Assembly (NCBI GenBank): GCA_031970695.1
Contig: DALYHW010000001.1
Span: forward strand, 1-48,229
From: Hylemonella sp.
GTDB lineage: Bacteria; Pseudomonadota; Gammaproteobacteria; Burkholderiales; Burkholderiaceae_C
Direction: 5' to 3'
DNA length: 48,229 nt
Shown: in pieces, positions 1-10,147 of the stretch
Position numbering within the stretch: position 1 is the first letter of the stretch
Layout: each line of letters starts with the position of its first letter
Notes under the pieces: generated by a model
The model's database searches: none
What the model was told of the DNA's origin: nothing
What the model saw: only the letters and a program-made list of their open reading frames with translations
Position numbers and translations under genes: made by a program

Positions 1-498
1 ATGGTCCATGGTGTAGCTGGTCGGAGTCTTGCCTTCGACCCGCTTGTAATAGACCTTGTAGTCCTTGGCCACCGCCGCCAGCTTTTCGGGCGTCTCGGGG
101 TACAGCGCGAGGAAGGTCGGATCAAAGTTCGCCATGTAGGGCTTGAGCATCTCGGGCTTGTCACGCTCCGGATCCACGGTGACAAACAGGACCTGCAGCT
201 TGTCGGCATCGGCACCGAGCAGCTTTTTGACGGCCACCAGTTCCGTCATGGTCGTGGGGCAGACGTCGGGGCATTGCGTGTAGCCGAAAAACATGACCAC
301 CACCTTGCCCTGGAAGTCCTTCAGGGTACGCGGCTTGTTGTCATGGTCGGTCAGCGCGAAGTCCCGGGCATAGTCGGCACCGGTAAGGTCGATCGAGGTG
401 AACCCGGGCTGGCTGCTGTCGGAGCAGGCGCCCAGCAACAACGTGCCGGCGGCCAGCAGGGCTGCGACAGTCGATCGGAGCAGGGTACGTTTGTCCAT
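1..498 (-). CDS. sco: SCO1/SenC copper chaperone (3' end runs off the window)
   Basis: Not in ORF track; manual translation MDKRTLLRS...LLLGAC (lipobox)...FFGYTQCPDVCP (CxxxC)...VTVDPERD...YTMDH; lies downstream of ctaB. Confidence 0.95.
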   Translation of the reverse strand, partial: MDKRTLLRSTVAALLAAGTLLLGACSDSSQPGFTSIDLTGADYARDFALTDHDNKPRTLKDFQGKVVVMFFGYTQCPDVCPTTMTELVAVKKLLGADADKLQVLFVTVDPERDKPEMLKPYMANFDPTFLALYPETPEKLAAVAKDYKVYYKRVEGKTPTSYTMDH

Positions 499-505
499 GG
501 AGGCC

Positions 506-1402
506 TCACAGCAGGTAATGGTCGAGCAGCAATGCTGCAAACAGCACGCTGAGATGGATCAGCGAGAAGCGGAAGGTCTTGCGCGCCAGTTCGTCCGAAT
601 AGCTGCGCCACAGCTTGAAGGCGTACAGGAAGAAGCCGACGTTCAGGACCACCGCCGCCACGAGGTAGATCCACGAACTCATGCGGTAGACAAAGGGCAT
701 GAGGCAGGCGGCGAACAGCACGAGGGTGTACAGGAGGATCTGCAGACGCGTGAATTCGTTGCCGTGCGTCACCGGCAGCATCGGCAGCCCGGACTTGCGA
801 TAGTCCTCCACGCGGTACAGGGCCAGGGCCCAGAAATGCGGGGGCGTCCAGAGGAAGATGATCAGGAAGAGGATCAGCGACTCGGGCCCGACGTCGTTGG
901 TCATGGCCGCCCAGCCCAGCACCGGGGGCATGGCGCCGGAAGCCCCGCCGATGACGATGTTCTGCGGCGTCAGCGGCTTGAGGATGACGGTGTAGATGAC
1001 AGCGTACCCGACGAAGGTGGCAAAGGTGAGCCACATGGTCAGGGGATTGATCCAGAAGTACAGCAGCACCGATCCGGCCGCGCACAGTGCCGCCGAGAAC
1101 ACCAGTGTCTGCAGGTCACTGAGCTCACCCTTGGCCGTAGGACGCCAGGCGGTGCGCTTCATCTTGGCGTCGATGCCCTTTTCGACCAGGCAGTTGAAGG
1201 CGGCTGCGGCACCGGCCACCAGCCAGATGCCCAGGCTCGCGAGGGCCATGAGCTGCAATTCGCGCCAGCCCGGCAGGCCGGGCACGGCCAGCACCATGCC
1301 GATGAGCGCACAGAAGACGATGAGCTGGACGACACGCGGCTTGGTCAGCGCATAGAACTGGCTGACAACGGAGGTCGTGGGTGCGGAACTGAGGGCACTC
1401 AT
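506..1402 (-). CDS. ctaB: Protoheme IX farnesyltransferase (heme O synthase)
   Basis: [29 protein letters not shown] motifs; start reassigned to ATG 1402, which overlaps the ctaA stop (ATGA). Confidence 0.95.
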   Translation of the reverse strand: MSALSSAPTTSVVSQFYALTKPRVVQLIVFCALIGMVLAVPGLPGWRELQLMALASLGIWLVAGAAAAFNCLVEKGIDAKMKRTAWRPTAKGELSDLQTLVFSAALCAAGSVLLYFWINPLTMWLTFATFVGYAVIYTVILKPLTPQNIVIGGASGAMPPVLGWAAMTNDVGPESLILFLIIFLWTPPHFWALALYRVEDYRKSGLPMLPVTHGNEFTRLQILLYTLVLFAACLMPFVYRMSSWIYLVAAVVLNVGFFLYAFKLWRSYSDELARKTFRFSLIHLSVLFAALLLDHYLL

Positions 1403-2565
1403 GCGGCAGGACTTGAAACGGAATCGTAAGACGCGGTCGATGCGTCGGCGGTATGGCTGCTGGCCAGGCTCCAGGTCAGCAGCACGACCATGGCGCCGGC
1501 GCCACCAGTGTGCAACACAGCGGCGAGCAGCGGCCAGTCGAGCACGACGTTGCTCAGGCCGGTGAGGAATTGCAGGAGCAGCAAACCCGCCAGCCAGTGC
1601 GCGGTGCGGCGCCAGGCGGCTTGTGTGCGCAGTTGCCACGCCAGCGCGGCGAGTACGGCGATGACGGCATACGCGGCTATGCGGTGCGTGTAATGCACCG
1701 CGGTCAGCGCGGCGAAATCGATGTGCGCACCAGCCCCCGTGTAACCCAGTTCGCGCCAGAGCTCGAAGCCCTGGGCAAAGTTCATCTCGGGCCACCAGGA
1801 GCCCTGGCAGGTCGGGAATTCGGTGCAGGCCAGCACGGCATAGTTGGTGCTGACCCAGCCGCCTAATGCGATCTGCAGCGTGAGCAGCGCCAGTGCCCCC
1901 CAAAACAGGCGGCGCAGTCCGCGCGAGACCGGGCGGCTGGTGGCCGCGTCATGCATCTGCGCATAACGCACGGCCTGCAGCGCCAGCAGGGCCAGCAGCA
2001 ACAAGCCCCCCAGCAGGTGCAGCGTGACAATCGCGGGAAACAACTTCATGGTCACGGTCAGGGCCCCGAACGCGCCCTGCACGCAGACCCAGACCAGCGT
2101 GAACGTGGCCCACCAGGGGCTGAGCTGGGCCTTGCCGGCGCGCTTGTTGCGCGCATGCTCGACCCAGCTGAAGACAGCCAGCACCAGGATAAGCACGCCG
2201 ACGCCGGTGGCGAGGTAACGGTGCACCATCTCGACCCAGGCCTTGCCGTGCGTCACGGGACCGGTGGGCATCGCCTGCTGCGCTGCCGAGATCTCGGCGT
2301 GCGCGCCCACCGGGCTCGCGTTGCCGTAACAACCGGGCCAGTCGGGGCAGCCCAGGCCGGAGTCGGTCAGGCGGGTGAAGGAGCCGAACATCACCAGATC
2401 GAAGGTGAGGAACAGCGTGAGCACCGTCAAGGCCTGCAGCCGGCGCGTGGTGCTGGCCTGCCGGTTGCGCAGCCAGATCCAGGCCAACGGGCCCAGGGCG
2501 ACGACCAGGCCCATGAGCATCACGCGCAGGGCCGGGGTCAGATCGTAGAGTGCCTGGGTTTCCAT
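1399..2565 (-). CDS. ctaA: Heme A synthase (COX15/CtaA)
   Basis: [32 protein letters not shown] heme-ligand motifs. Confidence 0.93.
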   Translation of the reverse strand: METQALYDLTPALRVMLMGLVVALGPLAWIWLRNRQASTTRRLQALTVLTLFLTFDLVMFGSFTRLTDSGLGCPDWPGCYGNASPVGAHAEISAAQQAMPTGPVTHGKAWVEMVHRYLATGVGVLILVLAVFSWVEHARNKRAGKAQLSPWWATFTLVWVCVQGAFGALTVTMKLFPAIVTLHLLGGLLLLALLALQAVRYAQMHDAATSRPVSRGLRRLFWGALALLTLQIALGGWVSTNYAVLACTEFPTCQGSWWPEMNFAQGFELWRELGYTGAGAHIDFAALTAVHYTHRIAAYAVIAVLAALAWQLRTQAAWRRTAHWLAGLLLLQFLTGLSNVVLDWPLLAAVLHTGGAGAMVVLLTWSLASSHTADASTASYDSVSSPAA

Positions 2566-2568
2566 GGC

Positions 2569-3288
2569 TCAGCGTCCCGCCTGGTCCCAGGACGCGGAGG
2601 CCCGCATCAGGCGTTCCAGGTCACGCTTGGCCCGGCCGGCGCCGGCAATGTCCATGTGCGCGGGAAAGCGCATCATCCAGTGTCCCAGCGGATCCACCAC
2701 GAACAGGTGATCACCGAGCGACTGGCCGGCCGCCGGCTCGAGCCAGCGGGCGAGGTCCTGTGCCGGCACACGCAGCACGACGGCTTCTTTCAGGCCGGGC
2801 AGGAGCTCGGGGCGGATGGGATCGGTGTCGCTCACCAGCCAGACGCGGTCGAGCCGGTCCTTGTCCTTGCCCAGGCCCTCGCGCAACTGGCGCTGGAAAT
2901 AGAGCTGCTGCACGCAGGCCTCGTCACAACGGCCGCTGCCCACGCTGACAAGCAGCCACTGGCCCTTGAGTTCACGCAGGTTGTGGGTCTTGCCTTCGCT
3001 GTCGAGGGCCAGCAGGTCCGGTAGCGGGCGCTGGGGATCGATCAGCTCACCGTAGCTGCGCCGGGCTTCAGGCCGGATCACGTAGTACGTGAAGTACGAG
3101 GCGATCACCGGCAAGGCGCAGAACAGCAGGAGCGCGATCATCTTCCAGCGGCCGTTGCGGCGCGCCTGCTCATCGGCCATGGCCGCACCGGGTTCAGGCA
3201 GGGTATGCACGGTCAGGCCGAGCACATGGTCGTGCGCACGCTCAGCCGCCACGGGGTTTGAATCTTCTGACAATTTGGAACCAGACAT
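2569..3288 (-). CDS. SCO-like thioredoxin-fold membrane protein of the oxidase assembly cluster
   Basis: One TM helix, CDEAC (CxxxC), VVDPLGHWMMRF; sits between SURF1 and ctaA; start uncertain. Confidence 0.75.
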   Translation of the reverse strand: MSGSKLSEDSNPVAAERAHDHVLGLTVHTLPEPGAAMADEQARRNGRWKMIALLLFCALPVIASYFTYYVIRPEARRSYGELIDPQRPLPDLLALDSEGKTHNLRELKGQWLLVSVGSGRCDEACVQQLYFQRQLREGLGKDKDRLDRVWLVSDTDPIRPELLPGLKEAVVLRVPAQDLARWLEPAAGQSLGDHLFVVDPLGHWMMRFPAHMDIAGAGRAKRDLERLMRASASWDQAGR

Positions 3289-3961
3289 AAAGTGCTGCGA
3301 TCAGGGCGCTGAGCCCGAACCATTGGAAGGCATAACCGTAGTGTTTTTCGACGCCGGTGCTGATCTTCGGCCAGGCGCGCAGCAGGCCATCGGCTGCATC
3401 GCCCTCCTGCTGGATCGAGACCGGCGCCAGCGCCAGACCGGTTTCGGTCCGGAATTGCGCCACATCCAGATTTTGCCGGATCGGGCCGCTTCCCGGCTCG
3501 CCGAGCTCATAAAGCCTGGACGGCGCAGGCACGATATGGCCGCTGATGCGCACGACGCCGGCAGGCGTGGCCACCGCAGGTACGCGCGTGCGATCCTGGA
3601 AATCGCGAGGCGCCCAGCCCCGCTGCACCAGCAGCACGGCATCGCTGCCGCGCAGGCGCAGCGGCGTGACGACGTAAAAGCCGGCCCGGCCGTTCATGGG
3701 CCGGTTGTCGAGAAACACCGTGCGCGCAGCCAGCCACTCGCCCTCGGCCTCGACACGGCGGTAGAGCAGCGGCTCCGTGTCGACGTCACCCTGCAGGCTC
3801 AACGCGTCGAGCACCGGCAGCTGCTCCCGCGCGTCGATGCGGGCCTGCAGCGCCTCCTTTTCGGCCGCCCGGCCCAGTTGCCAGCGCCCCAGGGACGCTG
3901 TGACCGCGCAGGCCAGCAGTGCTGCCAGCGTCACCAGCCAGAAACGAGTTTTTGCACTCAC
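3242..3961 (-). CDS. surf1: SURF1 family oxidase assembly protein
   Basis: LGRWQLGRA, GFYVVTPL, VQRGW, HYGYAFQWF motifs; GTG start. Confidence 0.93.
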   Translation of the reverse strand: MSAKTRFWLVTLAALLACAVTASLGRWQLGRAAEKEALQARIDAREQLPVLDALSLQGDVDTEPLLYRRVEAEGEWLAARTVFLDNRPMNGRAGFYVVTPLRLRGSDAVLLVQRGWAPRDFQDRTRVPAVATPAGVVRISGHIVPAPSRLYELGEPGSGPIRQNLDVAQFRTETGLALAPVSIQQEGDAADGLLRAWPKISTGVEKHYGYAFQWFGLSALIAALYVWFQIVRRFKPRGG

Positions 3962-3976
3962 GCGATAATCCCGTTC

Positions 3977-4198
3977 ATGAAATACCTAGTCGCCCTTGCC
4001 TTCCTTGCCATCATCGCCAGCCTGGGCTCGGCGCTGTTCTTCATGATGAAGGACGGGCGCGACGGCAAGGCCAAGACCAGCAACATGGCCCGCGCCCTGG
4101 CCTTCCGCGTCGGCTTTTCCATCCTGCTGTTCGTCTGCGTGCTGATCGCCTGGAAACTGGGTTACATCCAGCCCACCGGCATCCCGGCCGGGCGGTAA
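3977..4198 (+). CDS. Twin-transmembrane-helix small protein (DUF2909/HIG1-like)
   Basis: 73 aa MKYLVALAFLAIIASLGSALFFM...ARALAFRVGFS; antisense position between coxC and SURF1 is typical for this family. Confidence 0.88.
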   Translation: MKYLVALAFLAIIASLGSALFFMMKDGRDGKAKTSNMARALAFRVGFSILLFVCVLIAWKLGYIQPTGIPAGR

Positions 4199-4212
4199 TC
4201 GTTCCAGATTAG

Positions 4213-4249
4213 CAAAAACAAAAGCCGCTCGATGCGGCTTTTGTTTTTG
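4213..4249. terminator. Bidirectional intrinsic terminator
   Basis: Perfect 16-bp inverted repeat CAAAAACAAAAGCCGC-TCGAT-GCGGCTTTTGTTTTTG between convergent DUF2909 and coxC. Confidence 0.9.
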
Positions 4250-4288
4250 TCGGCTCGAGCGCCATGACGCGCCCGAACTGGCAGGCTG

Positions 4289-5170
4289 TTACATCCAGTA
4301 GACCAGGATGTACAGACCCAGCCACACCACGTCCACGAAGTGCCAGTACCAGGCGGCACCTTCGAAACCGAAGTGACGCTCGGCGGTGAAGTGGCCCTTC
4401 TGCAGGCGCAGGGTGATGAAGAACAGCATCAGCATACCGACGAACACGTGGAAGCCGTGGAAGCCGGTCAGCATGAAGAAGGTGGAGCCGTAGATGCCGG
4501 AGCTGAGCTTGAGGTTGAGCTCATGGTAAGCGTGGTAGTACTCGTAGCCCTGCACGAACAGGAAGGTCAGGCCCAGCAGCACGGTGATCCACATGAAGGC
4601 GATGGTCTTGCCGCGGTTGCCGTCACGCAGGGCGTGGTGGGCAATGGTCAGGGTCACGCCCGAGCTCAGCAGCAGCGCGGTGTTGATGGTCGGCAGCCAG
4701 AACGGGCCCATGGTCTGGAAGGGCTCGATGATGCCGGCCGGCGAAGCGGTCGCACCGGCAGCCACGCTGGGCCACACGGCCTTGAAGTCGGGCCACAGCA
4801 GTGCATTGTCCAGGCTGCCCAGCGCCGGCACGGAGTGCACGCGGGCCCACCACAGGGCGGTGAAGAAGGCGCCGAAGAACATCACTTCCGAGAAGATGAA
4901 CCAGGTCATGCTCCAGCGGTAGGAGATGTCGATCTTGTGGCCGTACTGGCCGCCTTCGCTCTCGGCGATGGCGTCGCGGAACCACTGCGACAGCACGAAC
5001 AGCCACCAGACCAGGCCGAACAGCAGGCTGTACTTGCCCCAGCCGGCGCCGTTGATCCACTCGGCAGCGCCAAAGAGGACGAAGAACAGGCCGAACGCGG
5101 CCATCGCGGGATGGCGGGACGGGCTGGGCACGAAGTAGTACGGGGTGCCGCCGTGGGTAGTCGAACTCAT
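4289..5170 (-). CDS. coxC: Cytochrome c oxidase subunit III
   Basis: FIFSEVMFF, TGFHGFHV, WYWHFVDVVW. Confidence 0.97.
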   Translation of the reverse strand: MSSTTHGGTPYYFVPSPSRHPAMAAFGLFFVLFGAAEWINGAGWGKYSLLFGLVWWLFVLSQWFRDAIAESEGGQYGHKIDISYRWSMTWFIFSEVMFFGAFFTALWWARVHSVPALGSLDNALLWPDFKAVWPSVAAGATASPAGIIEPFQTMGPFWLPTINTALLLSSGVTLTIAHHALRDGNRGKTIAFMWITVLLGLTFLFVQGYEYYHAYHELNLKLSSGIYGSTFFMLTGFHGFHVFVGMLMLFFITLRLQKGHFTAERHFGFEGAAWYWHFVDVVWLGLYILVYWM

Positions 5171-5228
5171 TTTTGCTCCATTCCTTCCGGTTCTGGTTCT
5201 CTCAAATCTAAGGTGCGCGGGTCCGGCC

Positions 5229-5423
5229 TTACTTGGCCACGACCCAGTTCACCAATGCAATCAGTGTCAATATCAGCAGGATCGCCCCGACCACGCCCAC
5301 CGCGATGATGGCGAAGGGATTGAGGCGTCCGACATCCGCCTGGAATTCGCTGTTCTTGCGAACCCCGAGGAAAGACCAGGCCACGGCCTTGATCGTCTGC
5401 CACAGCGAAGCCTGGCCGCTCAT
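5229..5423 (-). CDS. DUF2970 small membrane protein
   Basis: 64 aa MSGQASLWQTIKAVAWSFLGVRK...LNPFAII; start overlaps ctaG stop (ATGA). Confidence 0.85.
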   Translation of the reverse strand: MSGQASLWQTIKAVAWSFLGVRKNSEFQADVGRLNPFAIIAVGVVGAILLILTLIALVNWVVAK

Positions 5424-6019
5424 GCGCCCGCCTCCGAACCCGCGGCCCGTGCCGTGCTGCCGGTCGGTGCCGGCGGCGTCTTGCTGCCCACCTCGAAGAA
5501 GGTATAGGACAGCGTGATGGTCGTCACGTCCTTCGACAGCTTGGGGTCGATCACGAAGACGACCGGCCACTGTTTCTTCTCGCCCGGCTCCAGCGTGTAC
5601 TGGTTGAAGCAGAAGCACTCCAGCTTGTTGAAGTGCGCAGCCGCCTGGCGCGGGGCGTAACTCGGGATCGCCTGGGCCGCCATGCGACGGTCCTGGACGT
5701 TCTCGAACTCGTACATGACCGTGGCCATCTCGCCGGGGTGCACCTGCAAGGTCCGCTGCGCGGGCTTGAAACTCCAAGGGCCGCGCGCATTGGCGTCGAA
5801 CTCCACGGTGATGGTGCGGGTCCGGTCGACCTGCGTGTTGCCCGGCGTCGCCTTGCTCAGCCCGGGGAGGTTACGCTCCCCGATGGCCAGCACGTTGATG
5901 CCGGTGAACTCGCAGATGGCCTTGTACATGGGCACCAGCGCGTAGCCGAAGGCGAACATGCCGGCCACCACAATGGCCAGCTTGCCCATCATCTTGACGT
6001 TCTCGCGCGGCAGGCTCAT
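5420..6019 (-). CDS. ctaG: Cytochrome c oxidase assembly protein CtaG/Cox11
   Basis: LVPMYKAICEFTG, FNKLECFCF Cu-binding motif, TLSYTFF. Confidence 0.95.
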   Translation of the reverse strand: MSLPRENVKMMGKLAIVVAGMFAFGYALVPMYKAICEFTGINVLAIGERNLPGLSKATPGNTQVDRTRTITVEFDANARGPWSFKPAQRTLQVHPGEMATVMYEFENVQDRRMAAQAIPSYAPRQAAAHFNKLECFCFNQYTLEPGEKKQWPVVFVIDPKLSKDVTTITLSYTFFEVGSKTPPAPTGSTARAAGSEAGA

Positions 6020-6028
6020 CAGGGCCTC

Positions 6029-6145
6029 TTACTTGCTTCCGAGCAGGAAGAACTTGGCGATGACGCCGACGAAGAACGCCAGCGCGATCGTCGCGAGGAC
6101 CAGCCCCATGCGGACGTTGGCTTTCTTCTGTTCAGGCGTCGTCAT
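6029..6145 (-). CDS. Cytochrome oxidase small assembly peptide (38 aa)
   Basis: Below ORF-track cutoff; MTTPEQKKANVRMGLVLATIALAFFVGVIAKFFLLGSK, single TM, GGAG RBS, fills the coxA-ctaG gap. Confidence 0.8.
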   Translation of the reverse strand: MTTPEQKKANVRMGLVLATIALAFFVGVIAKFFLLGSK

Positions 6146-6167
6146 GCGCGTGCTCCGGTCCTGTGGT

Positions 6168-7784
6168 TCAGCCAACGATGCGGGTCGCCGAGGCGTCCAG
6201 CTTCGGGGGGTGCTCGAAGGAGTGGTAGGGGGCCGGCGAAGCCAGTTCCCACTCCAGGCCTTCGGCGCCGTCCCAGGGCTTCTGGGGAGCCTTCTCGCCC
6301 TTGCCCTTCATCACGGGCAGGACCACGAAGAAGAAGAAGTAGATCTGGGCGAAGCCGAAGAAGAACGCACCGACGGACGCGATGGCGTTGAAGTCGGCGA
6401 ACTGCATGGGGTAGTCGGCATAACGACGCGGCATGCCGGCCAGGCCCAGGAAGTGCATCGGGAAGAAGGTGACGTTGAAGGAGATCAGCGACCACCAGAA
6501 GTGCAGCTTGCCGCGGGCTTCGCTGTACATCACGCCAGTCCACTTGGGAGCCCAGTAGTAGAAGCCGGCGAACAGGGCGAACAGCGAGCCGGCCACCAGC
6601 ACGTAGTGGAAGTGGGCGACGATGAAGTACGTGTCCTGGATCTGGATGTCGATCGGGGCGACGGCCGGGATCAGGCCGGTGAAGCCACCGATGGTGAACA
6701 CGAAGATGAAGCCGATGGACCACAGCATGGGGGTCTCGAAGGTCATCGAGCCCTTCCACATGGTGGCGATCCAGTTGAAGATCTTCACGGCGGTCGGCAC
6801 GGCGATCAGCATGGTGGCGTACATGAAGTACAGCTGGCCGGTCACCGGCATGCCGGTGGTGAACATGTGGTGCGCCCACACGATGAAGGACAGGATGGCG
6901 ATGGAGGCGGTGGCGTACACCATGGAGGCGTAGCCGAACAGCTTCTTGCGGGAGAACGCCGGCACGATCTGGCTGATGATGCCGAAAGCCGGCAGGATCA
7001 TGATGTACACCTCGGGGTGACCGAAGAACCAGAAGATGTGCTGGAACATCACCGGGTCGCCACCGGCGGCCGGGTTGAAGAAGCTGGTGCCGAAGTGGCG
7101 GTCAGTCAGCGTCATGGTGATGGCACCGGCCAGCACGGGCATGACGGCGATCAGCAGGTAGGCCGTGATCAGCCAGGTCCAGCAGAACATGGGCATCTTC
7201 ATCAGCGTCATGCCGGGCGCGCGCATGTTCAGGATGGTCACGATGATGTTGATCGAGCCCATGATGGACGAGGCGCCCATGATGTGCAGGGCAAAGATGC
7301 CGGCGTCCATCGAGGGGCCCATCTGCAGCGTCAGGGGGGCGTAGAACGTCCAGCCGGCGGCGGGGGCACCACCCGGCATGAAGAAGGACAGCACGACCAG
7401 GACACCGGCAGGAATCAGCAGCCAGAAGCTGAAGTTGTTCATGCGGGCGAAGGCCATGTCGGCCGCACCGATCTGCATCGGCAGCATCCAGTTGGCGAAG
7501 CCCACGAAGGCCGGCATGATGGCGCCGAACACCATGATCACGCCGTGCATGGTGGTGAGCTGGTTGAACAGCTCGGGGTTCACGATCTGCAGGCCGGGCC
7601 GGAACAGCTCGGCGCGGATGCCCAGGGCGAGGATACCGCCCAGGATCAGCATGGCAAACGAGAACAACAGGTACATCGTACCGATGTCCTTGTGGTTGGT
7701 CGCGAAGACCCAGCGACGCCAGCCCGCGGGGGCGTGGTGGTCGTCATGGGCGTGGTGATCGTGATGGTCTAGAACGGCACTCAT
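6168..7784 (-). CDS. coxA: Cytochrome c oxidase subunit I (A1-type)
   Basis: TNHKDIG, WFFGHPEVY, VWAHHM, AHFHYV, GMPRRY. Confidence 0.98.
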   Translation of the reverse strand: MSAVLDHHDHHAHDDHHAPAGWRRWVFATNHKDIGTMYLLFSFAMLILGGILALGIRAELFRPGLQIVNPELFNQLTTMHGVIMVFGAIMPAFVGFANWMLPMQIGAADMAFARMNNFSFWLLIPAGVLVVLSFFMPGGAPAAGWTFYAPLTLQMGPSMDAGIFALHIMGASSIMGSINIIVTILNMRAPGMTLMKMPMFCWTWLITAYLLIAVMPVLAGAITMTLTDRHFGTSFFNPAAGGDPVMFQHIFWFFGHPEVYIMILPAFGIISQIVPAFSRKKLFGYASMVYATASIAILSFIVWAHHMFTTGMPVTGQLYFMYATMLIAVPTAVKIFNWIATMWKGSMTFETPMLWSIGFIFVFTIGGFTGLIPAVAPIDIQIQDTYFIVAHFHYVLVAGSLFALFAGFYYWAPKWTGVMYSEARGKLHFWWSLISFNVTFFPMHFLGLAGMPRRYADYPMQFADFNAIASVGAFFFGFAQIYFFFFVVLPVMKGKGEKAPQKPWDGAEGLEWELASPAPYHSFEHPPKLDASATRIVG

Positions 7785-7826
7785 CGTGATTTCCTTCTCA
7801 ATGCTTCTCTTGTCTGACGACTCTGG

Positions 7827-9005
7827 TTACTTGCGCGCGGCCTTGATCTCGGCCGGCTGGACCAGCTGGCCGGTCTTGTTGGACCAGTTGTTCTTGGTAT
7901 AGGTGATGACGGCGGCGAGCTCGGTGTCGCTCAGCTGTTTCCAGGCCGGCATGGCGTTCTTGCCGTTCAGCAGAATGCTGATCTGCTTGCCCTTGTCGGC
8001 GTCCAGCACGATGGGCGAGCCATCCAGCGGCTTGAACGGACCGGCGCCCTTGCCGTTGGCCTGGTGGCAGACCGCACAGTTGGCGGCGTAGACCTGGGCA
8101 CCACGCTTGGAAATCTCGTCCAGGGTCCAGACCTTGTTCGGGTCATCGGCCTTGGCGGCCATGGCCTTCTTCTGGCCATCGACCCACTTGGAATAGTCTT
8201 CGGCCGACACCACCTTCACGTGGATGGGCATGTAGGCGTGTTCCTTGCCGCACAGCTCGGCACACTGGCCGTAGTAGTCGCCCACCTTTTCGGCGCGGAA
8301 CCAGGTGTCGCGCACGAAGCCGGGGATGGCGTCCTGCTTGATGCCGAAGGCCGGCACCATGAAGGCGTGGATCACGTCGTTGGCGGTGGTGATGATGCGG
8401 ATCTTCTTGTCGACCGGCACGACCAGCGGGTTGTCGACCTTCAGCAGGTAGTTGTCGATGGCCGGCGGCTTGCCCGACTCGGACATGGCGCGGTGCTCGG
8501 GATCCAGGGTGGAGAGGAAGCCGATGCCCTCGCCCTCGCCCTTGAGGTAGTCGTAACCCCACTTCCACTGGTAGCCGGTGGCCTTGATGGTCAGGTCGGC
8601 GTTGCTCGTGTCCTTCATGGCCACAACGGCCTTGGTGGCCGGCAGGGCCATCAGGATCACGATGATGAAGGGGATCACCGTCCAGACGATTTCCACGGTC
8701 ACGGACTCATGGAAGCTGGCGGGCTTGTGGCCCAGGGACTTGCGGTGCTTCAGGATGGAATAGAACATCACACCGAACACCAGCACGAAGATGATCGCGC
8801 AGGTGATCAGCATGAACCAGTTCAGCCAGTGGATGTCTTCGGCGATCTTGGTCACCGGGGGGTGCAGGTTGAGCTGGTTGACCGCCGGACCGCCGGGCAG
8901 ATCGTTGACAGCCTGGGCTGCGGTGAAAGCCGCCGTACCGGCCCATGCACCAGCCATGAGCAGCAGTGAAGCCAATTTATTAGAAATGCTCTTCATCATG
9001 TTCAC
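7827..9005 (-). CDS. coxB: Cytochrome c oxidase subunit II with C-terminal cytochrome c domain
   Basis: DVIH, CAELCGKEHAYM CuA motif; C-terminal CAVCH...AMP; start could be 9005, 8999 or 8996. Confidence 0.96.
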   Translation of the reverse strand: MNMMKSISNKLASLLLMAGAWAGTAAFTAAQAVNDLPGGPAVNQLNLHPPVTKIAEDIHWLNWFMLITCAIIFVLVFGVMFYSILKHRKSLGHKPASFHESVTVEIVWTVIPFIIVILMALPATKAVVAMKDTSNADLTIKATGYQWKWGYDYLKGEGEGIGFLSTLDPEHRAMSESGKPPAIDNYLLKVDNPLVVPVDKKIRIITTANDVIHAFMVPAFGIKQDAIPGFVRDTWFRAEKVGDYYGQCAELCGKEHAYMPIHVKVVSAEDYSKWVDGQKKAMAAKADDPNKVWTLDEISKRGAQVYAANCAVCHQANGKGAGPFKPLDGSPIVLDADKGKQISILLNGKNAMPAWKQLSDTELAAVITYTKNNWSNKTGQLVQPAEIKAARK

Positions 9006-9167
9006 TTCTTCAATGTCTTAATTAATCCTGTACTGCCCAGGCTCGCACGTCATGCGGCTTGTGACCGATGTGCCCACCATCGCCGATGGCGCGCAGCAAG
9101 CTGCCGTTGAATTCCAAAATTCAGCAACCGCTTATTGTAGCCAAGCCCAAGTAAGGGTTATCCCGGT

Positions 9168-9181
9168 GTGATCTGCGTCAA
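9168..9181. promoter_or_regulatory. FNR/CRP-family-like site upstream of the cox operon
   Basis: GTGAT-CTGC-GTCAA, 8/10 to TTGAT-N4-ATCAA; TACAAT -10 candidate on the minus strand at 9134-9139. Confidence 0.45.
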
Positions 9182-10086
9182 ACGGGGGACCTTCCCGTTT
9201 TGCCCTGGATCAAACTGGCACGCAATTCCTCGACGGAAAAGCGGGTTTCCGCGTCCACGGCCAGGCGGCGGGCCGGTTTGAAGGCATGTCCGTAGACGAT
9301 TTCGAAGGTCAGGCGCAGCCGCCCGTCCTGCGCCGGGTCGGCCAGCCGGCCCAGCGCGGCATGCAGCGCGGACAGCCAGCCCCGGGCGCGCAGGCCGGCG
9401 GGGCGCGCCGGATGCAGGTTGCGACCCAGTTCGCGCAATTCCTGCAGCAGGCGCTGGGGCGTCTCGAACGTCAGCTCGATGCGCTCCATGTCCATGACCG
9501 GTTCGGCAAACCCGGCGCCGACCAGCATGTCGCCCCAGTCGTGCATATCGGTGAACTCATGGGCCGGCGCCGGCCAGCCCATGGTCTGGTAAAGGCTGCG
9601 CAGTTCCCGCAGGGTGTCGGGGCCAAAGCAGGAAAACATCAGGAAACCGTCCACCGCCAGGGCCTCGTGCCAGCGGCGGATCAGCGCCTGCGGATCGGGC
9701 TCCATGTGCAGGGCCATATTGGCCCACAGCATGTCGGCCCCACCCGCCTGGGGCTGGGCCAGAAAACGTGGGGCACCCCGCCAGCGGGCCGGCTGCCACC
9801 AGGGCGGAAGGATTTTCTGGCGAGCGAGCGCCCGCTCCGGTACCTGCGCCACCAGCACGTCACACGGCACGCCCCGGTAACGCTGCGCCAGTTCGGTCTG
9901 CGCGGCCAGGCCGCCCCGCACCGGTTCCCAGTGCAGCCAGCGCTGCGGGCGGCGCACGATCCAGTCGAGCCGCTGCGCCATGCGACGCGCCACCTCCTCG
10001 TGCAACCAGGCCGAAGCCGATTGCGGGCGCTGCTGCCAGCGGGCCGCAGCCGCGGGATCGATGGTCGGGGGACGGTGGTCGCTCAT
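9178..10086 (-). CDS. bioC: BioC-like methyltransferase-fold protein
   Basis: EVARRMAQRL, FTDMHDWGDMLVGAGFAEPVMDME, LTFEIVYGHA; divergent from comF as commonly seen; SAM-binding motif I degenerate. Confidence 0.8.
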   Translation of the reverse strand: MSDHRPPTIDPAAAARWQQRPQSASAWLHEEVARRMAQRLDWIVRRPQRWLHWEPVRGGLAAQTELAQRYRGVPCDVLVAQVPERALARQKILPPWWQPARWRGAPRFLAQPQAGGADMLWANMALHMEPDPQALIRRWHEALAVDGFLMFSCFGPDTLRELRSLYQTMGWPAPAHEFTDMHDWGDMLVGAGFAEPVMDMERIELTFETPQRLLQELRELGRNLHPARPAGLRARGWLSALHAALGRLADPAQDGRLRLTFEIVYGHAFKPARRLAVDAETRFSVEELRASLIQGKTGRSPV

Positions 10087-10147
10087 GGGGAAAGCTCGCG
10101 AGTATATTGATTCCCCGGCCCGCCGCGTCTTCCTATATACAGAGACC

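Noticed and set aside
1403..1903. Extended N-terminus of heme O synthase (465 aa)
   Set aside because: Overlaps ctaA in another frame; the ATGA coupling at 1399-1402 gives the normal-length protein
5958..7772. Long plus-strand ORF opposite coxA (similarly 17772-19646, 20837-22246, 30473-32194, 37453-39261, 44516-46318)
   Set aside because: Typical stop-poor antisense frames of high-GC genes, with no recognisable motifs
7730..7784. His-rich N-terminus of CoxA and cytochrome c fusion on CoxB as novelties
   Set aside because: Both are common in betaproteobacterial aa3/caa3 oxidases
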